This document shows positions 32,404 to 39,040 of a DNA stretch of 39,040 nt, in pieces. Every line of letters starts with the position of its first letter. The first letter of the stretch is position 1. Source of the stretch: Asterionella formosa (taxonomy: Eukaryota); the NCBI GenBank assembly GCA_002256025.1, contig NKIB01014986.1:1-39040 (forward strand), read 5' to 3'. The position numbers and the translations under genes were made by a program. Under the pieces are notes generated by a model that saw only the letters and a list, made by a program, of their open reading frames with translations, was not told the origin of the DNA and searched no databases.

Positions 32404-35400
32404 ATGGATCAAAATCAACAAGAAACTGTCCTAAGAGCAATCGCGCTCTCGTCAGGAGTTGGAAATATAGCCACTATATCTGCACAAGACCGACAAACAG
32501 CCTTTCGAATATTAGAAGATCTCAAGGCCTTTGACGGTCGCATTACCGTTTGCATTTCATGGTTACAGGTTGAGCGCCACATCTTGCAAAATCTGGACAT
32601 AACAGTTCCCGTTAAGCTCTACGCAGCTTCCATTCTTGAAACGTTTCTTCAGAAAGGCTACACACAATTGAACGAGAACGATCGATTGGCGCTGAGGAAT
32701 GCTGTGTTGACTGCAAGCCGACAAGTTGCACCATTACCAATATCGGACGATGGCAGGATTCTGGGAAACAAGCTCGCATCGCTGCTCGCGGGTCTAATGG
32801 TAAGAGACTTTCCGCAACGATGGAAAACCTTCTTTCAGGACGTATTTTCGCCAATTCAACTTGGGGGTCTATGGTATGTTGAACCAGGTGATAAGGTTCA
32901 CGTCATGGGAGTCAAAATTTGCCTAGAATGCTTGCGTCTAATTTCTGAAGACTGCACTGACAGTGATTTCAATCTCAAGGTAAGTCACAAGACAAGGCGT
33001 ACGTTCCTGGTTGCATTGTCAATACTGCATACTCAAATTATTTCAAAGATATCAACTACAAGACGAAACGATGTATTGATTGGGTTGAACGAGGTATCAG
33101 GGCAATTCTTGCCGCTATTGTTTAACATTCTAGAACATTTCACCGTCCTTCAGCAATCGAAACTGACTCTGCACAATATGCGACAATTCCTCCTTTCTGG
33201 CGGAAGAAATTTGCCCCAGATGAATCAAGAAGAATCAAGATTGTATGGACTAGAATTGGAACGAAAGACGCAATCCGGGAAGCTGGTGGCTGACTGCTTG
33301 GTTACATTGGAGCGATTTTGTCACGCGATGCCGCTGGATTGGATCCTGGGTAATTCGCCGGACTTTTGTTCTGCCTTTCTACACATGCTAAGAGAACCAG
33401 TGACGCAAATTCACGCTGTAGCTTGTCTTGAACAGCTAGCAGCTCGGAAGCTCGATGCAATACAATGGATGAGGCTTGTGTCTCAGTTGCCTACTGCCGT
33501 GGGCGGAGCGAATCAGGCGGCTCAACTGGAACAAGAAATGATTCAAACTGAGCAATCCGTGGGCGGTAGAGTAGAAAACACGGATTCGTTGACGTTACAG
33601 TTAAGTTTTCATCGGCCACTTTCACGCATGCTTGCTTATATGATTTCAATGAACGTGTCGCATGTTACCACTGATAAACAAATGGTATGTGACAATCATG
33701 AGTTGTATTTGTTCATCTGAGAACGCGCTCACTATTATTTGTCCTCTCTCATTCTACTATAGCTTAATAGTAGCGGCCCAAGGTACGATTCCATGTCAGC
33801 TTTCTTCCGACTGTTGGTGGACATGATCCACCATCCCAGTGGTACAATTTGCGGGGAACAAGTGAGTACGTGGATTGGGCTTTTACGAGATCCTCAAGTT
33901 GTCAAGTCAAACATTCTCTCGCCATTTGTTGAGGAACTTCTTTCGGCTTTGATGGATCACAGTGTTCGCATAAGATGGGAAGATGTCGAAGAAGGGAGAC
34001 ACCCGTTTTCCCAGCTAATTGAAGCAAGTTGGTACGATGAGGTAAGTGGAGCAAACGCGAACAATCTTTATTTTTCGAAACGGTGCTCACGAAGTTACGA
34101 CTCATAGGAAGAGTATGATGCGTGGTTCGCAGAGCTAAGGTCAAAGAGTAGTCTGCTTTTCAAACTTATTGGAAATGTCGAGCCGAAGATCGCCGCGAAG
34201 GTTGTGAGCCGTCGGGTACTGGACTGTCTTGCTAAACATGGGAATGGAGATCCACGAGATCATACGGATCCTTCGAATGGACAACTGACTCCGAAAAGTG
34301 AAGCATGCATTCAATTTGAAGGATTGGTGCAGCCACTTGACAACGTCCTGGATGGCCTCCCGACATGGTCTGTTGTAGATGACAAACTCAGACACGAGTC
34401 GTCAACCGACTCCCAACGCGCTCAGGTACGACATCAATTGACAGATTTATAGCTTTTTTTTGAAATAAAATCATCGCTAACACCCATGCGATATGTAGGT
34501 TCGCTCTGAAGTGCGGTTGGTACTTGGCCAAATGGCATCAGCAATTGTGACGTGGACCCCAACATATCTATGGCTGAAATTCCGGAAGACGACTCTGTTG
34601 GAATCACTGAAGCACTATTGGAAATACGACCCAGCGACTTTGCTCCAAGGCGTTGATTCACTCCTAGGGTATCTAGGTGCTTCTGACGATTGGAACCATA
34701 CTAATGATCCTGATCAACCAAGTGGAGAGACGATTTCACTTCGTAAAAAAAGTGGCGTGTCGCTGGTTGTTATTGCAAAGAAGGTACCCAACCACCTTGT
34801 GCCTTGGTTGGCAGAGCTAAGCGAGGCAACCAGGCGGCATTTATCGTCAAACTCACTTCTGCCCCCAAATAGAATGCATCTTTATGAATTCCTGTCCTGT
34901 GTGGCGACAGCTGTAGATGACCCCGTTGCACGAGCAAATTTTATTTCTAATGTGCTTGCTGATGCAATGTCAGTCTTGGAGTCTGCAGAAGTTCAGCAAG
35001 CAATCTCATCACCGGAAATGTTCCTCTCTTCGCTGGGAATTTCCCAAGCCGCTACGAATCCTGACAGCGTGACTAACCTAGAGAATGTTGCAAGGGTTGA
35101 TCGAGCCTTCTGTGCTCTTTTTTCCGCAATGAATCAACTGCTCTCTGTTGGAAAGCGATGCCACGAAGCTGCAAGAAAGCGACCAAACGGTGGAATCCCT
35201 TTACAAGACAATCCGAATTTCAACAGTGCAAATATGCAGAACTTTCCGGACGAAGGACCAGTCAGTATTCAAGATTTGGTCGTCAACGATCCATTTGTTC
35301 CTCTGTGGCCCCGAATACTTCCAATATTGATAAGAGTGGTTGATGTAACTCTCAGTCTATGGCATCCTAGACACCAAGCTACTCTGCTTCGCAACAATAT

Positions 35401-37264
35401 ACAGCGGTATATGTATGCTATTTCTGATGATGAAGCTTTTCTATCAAAGGTTCACGACAGTCATTCCGGTGGAGTATTCGGTGAAGGAGGCACTGCTGGC
35501 AGTGTCGTTGCAGGTACTGACCGTAGAGATCAAAATCTCGTGCCGAAGTGGAGTGGATGGTTCAACGAGCTTAGAAACTCTTGTTTTCAAATGCTAGGAA
35601 TGTTTTCTGGTCAGAGGGCGATGTTTGCGCCCGAGGTTGCTCCAATGTTTCCCTCTTTTGTGTCTGTTGTTGCAAACTCAGAGCATCTACAAGCAATGGA
35701 GAATCGTCACCTTGTCCAGTATATGTGAGTCATTCGATGCCTTAAGTTTTTTTGTCCTCCTGTCATCGTTTCTCACTTTATCTCCAGGAAGCAATTCTTG
35801 GAGATCCTTATGGTAACTTGTCCATCGACACTATATACGTCGCATCTCTCGCCCATTTTGGGCCCGGTATTGGAGCACGTCCAATACCGCTTGGAGAAGT
35901 CGTGGGACCCTATTGTCAATCCAGTTTCACAGGTTTCTAACAAGCCGCTCTTCACATCAGATTGCGATGCTGCTGCAACTCTTGCATCGTCCGGTGGTGA
36001 TGCGTGGTATAGCTCATATTATGCTCGAGGTGGACTCTTCGTTGGTGACTTGGATACTGTTACTGCTGAAGCTGCCGTGGATAAAGCTCGAGTGGAGCTG
36101 AGCCGCTGTTACAGTGACATGCTCCAAACGGCGTTTGCACTCAAGGGAGATTGGTGAGTATGTTCTCGACGACGAGAGATTTAGAAAATTGATCCTTTCT
36201 TCCTAACGCATTTCTGATTCACAGGGCATTGGTCCTTGCAACCCAATCCAAGGAAGACCAGGCCGTCAAGAAGAATGACCTGTCGAAGCTTTTGTCGGGG
36301 CCAAAAAGCCGAATCAACCACGGAGGTGCAGTGAACGCGGACGGAACTCCGAGGCGAGAAAGTCAAATTGCTGTCGACGCAAGGAAGAATTTGAGGATTA
36401 CGCGTATATGTCATTTTATGCTACTCGAGGACGAAAGAGTTGCAGGTCACCTCACTCTCTCGGTCATCCAGGTAAGCTAATCGTCATGCTGCTTTAATTC
36501 GGTGTCTGAAATTTCTCCAACTGATGTCCACGCTATAGTGCCTTTCATTTCCTGACGGATACACAGTCCGACGCTGTACAAAGCTCTGTCACCGAATTCT
36601 AGAGACGGTGGCGTGGTCTGCTCGATACACCGATATGCTTGTCAACAAAATGTTTCCCACAGCAGTACGAAACATTGTGACAGAACCAAAGTGGATGGTC
36701 GGAATCGAATGGGATCAAATCAATTTGATTCGAGACATTTATTGTCGACTCGTGTTGGGGCAGGTATTGCAACCTGGTGGCCAAGGTCCCGGTGTTCAGC
36801 AGCTGCAAGATCCGCGCATGCCCAACCATTATGAGCAAGCAAAGTCAGCTGAGACACCATTACAAGGAGGCGGAGTACTGATATCCCCCTCATATGTTCC
36901 ACGTCAAATCCTTGCGAGACTTCCTGGCGTTGGTGAAGCAGTTGTAGCAACTTTCGAGGACGACATGCGGAGAAAAAGGTCCGCAAAGGATCAGAAGGAT
37001 TTCCTACGCGATTTACTCCGAACTGCAGCTGAAAATTCTCTTCATATGGACAATGGCAATAGTCGTGGAGAAGCCGGAGTGTTCGATCGAGCTGTTGCTG
37101 AGGAATCACTTCTGAACCAAAAGAAGATTGGGAAGGCGGTTGCATTATCTGATATTCCTGAGAAATTGGTCACACATAGTATGGTCATGAAGCGAGCGCA
37201 CAAAGAAGTCACCGACAAGGAGAAGCAAAATCGCCCAGAAGGACTAGCCGCCTTCCAGCTATAG
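32404..37264 (+). CDS. XPO5: Exportin-5 / Msn5 / HASTY-like karyopherin, 8 exons, ~1457 aa
   Basis: Exons 32404-32979, 33049-33684, 33763-34041, 34108-34425, 34499-35724, 35788-36153, 36225-36471, 36539-37264; seven 63-78 nt GT-AG introns keep frame. Xpo1-type N-terminus (DRQTAFRILE, NKLASLL..RDFPQRW, LRLISED, RRNDVLIGLN). Subfamily call from motif recall. Confidence 0.8.
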
Positions 37265-37595
37265 CTATGTAGCCAGAAGGCGAAACAAATCGCGAGAGCA
37301 TTGGGATGAATCTTATGCCCCGTCACGTACGGAGAAGATGGTGAATCGTAGATGCTATTACAGGAATGAAACAATAACTATTTGGTTCAGAATAAAGCGA
37401 TTTATCGCCACTTTTGAAAGTTAACGTCAATCGTTCATTTTTCTTCTTTTTTCATAAATACTTTGAAACAACGGATACCTATTCCTCCTTTGTCGTTGTT
37501 GTCAAAATCAAAGGCGTAGCTGCGTCTTGTATTCATTTTCGAATGCATGATGGATGACATCCTAACTCTTCAAAATTGTCCATTTCAATTTCATG

Positions 37596-38453
37596 CTAAA
37601 GTAGCCCTTGGACAAACGCCATTACTTCCTTCGCCACTTCATCAGGTCGTTCTTCCATAACTTGATGACTAGCCATTTCGATTATCTTGAATGCCGCATA
37701 TTCTCCAATAGAATCTGCCAAATGCTGCCCCCCTTCCTTGGGAATGATTCCATCGGAAACGCCATGCATAATCAAAACGGGCAAATGGCTCACTGCCTTG
37801 GCTTCTTCCAGGATGGCAAACTGATGATGTTTCTGATACCATTTACATATGCACATGCTATTTTTATTTGACGCTACACGAGATGCTTCTACCAAGGCAG
37901 CATCAGCCGATGGATCGAACGCCATTTTTAAAAATTCCTTGGTCAACCACGGTTGGATGCATTTCAATACAGGTACTGGGAGTCCAAACAGCGGGTGCCC
38001 TCCGTTTGTAATCGGCAGGGGACCACCGATAATGGCTGTGGATAGAAAAATGCACGCCTTCACACGAGAATCATCGTTTTGGCATAAGTATCGCATGATA
38101 ATAGTGGGAGCGTAAGAATGACCCAAGAGGATTGTGGGGCGGGAAGGATCGATTCTGGTGTCCATGATTGCCTTAAGATCCAAGACTTGTTCGTCTGTAT
38201 GATAGGCAGCATAGTCTGAGAGCGTGGGCGATCTACCACAACCAACAGCGTCATATAGATAACAACATGCAGAGAGATCTTTTTCTTGCAGGCTGCAGAG
38301 TAAAAAGTCAAACTGAGCGGAAGAAGCGCAAGTCCCATGCAGCATCACGAGATTAAAAGTTGCGATTTCTGATCCGGTTCCCAGATGGAGTTCTCTGTAG
38401 AACAGGTTTCTCCCTGGCCGGATTGATTCTACTCCCTCCTTAACGACTCTCAT
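37596..38453 (-). CDS. Alpha/beta-fold hydrolase
   Basis: 285 aa; VMLHG, YDAVGCGRS, nucleophile elbow GHSYA, HGVSDG (Asp), ASHQVMEERP (His). Confidence 0.92.
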   Translation of the reverse strand: MRVVKEGVESIRPGRNLFYRELHLGTGSEIATFNLVMLHGTCASSAQFDFLLCSLQEKDLSACCYLYDAVGCGRSPTLSDYAAYHTDEQVLDLKAIMDTRIDPSRPTILLGHSYAPTIIMRYLCQNDDSRVKACIFLSTAIIGGPLPITNGGHPLFGLPVPVLKCIQPWLTKEFLKMAFDPSADAALVEASRVASNKNSMCICKWYQKHHQFAILEEAKAVSHLPVLIMHGVSDGIIPKEGGQHLADSIGEYAAFKIIEMASHQVMEERPDEVAKEVMAFVQGLL

Positions 38454-38686
38454 TGCAGCACAAGAACATGTATTAGTTTAATCGATCAGTAAGTTTAGAA
38501 GGATGGGAGACACTTGACAACTGCCGAGGATAATAGAGGTTCTTGTTGGATTGTTTGTTTGGAAACTTGATGTAGATTTCTCGGAGTCCCAGCAGAAATG
38601 GTCTTGGTATTCCTTGATTCTTTCTTCGCTCGTGCTGTTATTTTATCGTCCTTTATCTCCGTATGATGATTGTCTTGGGTACGCAC

Positions 38687-38770
38687 CGGTACCTGGTACT
38701 ATATTTATTACCGGTAGCTATTATTTACTGTCGGCGTACAGTACTCCGGAGTACCTGGTACTCCGTACTA
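38687..38770. repeat. Mixed TA-delimited palindromic array upstream of the hydrolase
   Basis: CGGTACCTGGTAC, TACCGGTA, TACAGTACTCCGGAGTACCTGGTACTCCGTACTA. Confidence 0.85.
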
Positions 38771-38985
38771 AGGTAGTCTACCTATAGTTAGTAAGAAAAG
38801 TACCAGTATTTTTTTGGAAGTTCCGGTAAAGGACGGTTAACCATACCGGTAAACCGGTATCATTGTGGTGTTTCATCATCCCCCTGTCGTCCACATCATG
38901 CACGGCTTCACCATTAGGCCATGCATTGCTTGGGATGCGAGCAAGAGCAAAGCAGCAGAGGATAGTGAGCGTTATCAAGGAATGT

Positions 38986-39039
38986 TACCTGGTACCTGGT
39001 ACCAATAGCATGAGTCGTACCCTGGTACCAGTACCGGTA
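38986..39039. repeat. GTACC(A/T)G palindromic array at the window end
   Basis: TACCTGGTACCTGGTACC, GTACCCTGGTACCAGTACCGGTA. Confidence 0.85.
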
Positions 39040-39040
39040 A

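Noticed and set aside
11394..38338. Numerous antisense and alternate-frame ORFs overlapping the real genes
   Set aside because: Shadow ORFs of coding DNA, mostly with non-ATG starts and no motifs.
38778..38978. 66-aa ORF with hydrophobic N-terminus
   Set aside because: Non-ATG start, no motif; the upstream ATG frame is closed by a stop within the GTAC array.

Overview
Eukaryotic nuclear DNA, very probably a diatom (short GT-AG introns, bipartite plastid-targeting peptides, CoDi-type copia elements). Eight intact protein genes sit in compact islands: an atypical SDR/epimerase, a membrane TPR protein, ClpR, a GLUT-like sugar porter, an SGNH hydrolase, HPRT, an 8-exon exportin-5 and an alpha/beta hydrolase. 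A U6 snRNA gene lies at 28211-28321 (-). The islands are separated by AT-rich transposon debris: three copia relics, a gypsy integrase fragment, a DD39D mariner relic and several MITEs. Two observations stand out. (1) GGTACCAGGTACCTGGTACC-type arrays occur throughout non-coding DNA and parse into TA-delimited units (CCWGG, CCGG, CWG, CTCCG). These match the termini of TA-targeting elements in the window and are demonstrably inserted into old ORFs, so they look like stacked transposon excision footprints, clustered upstream of genes. (2) The U6 gene has a perfect Pol III B-box about 116 bp downstream of its terminator, an arrangement like budding-yeast SNR6. All calls were made by eye from motifs; no database searches were run.
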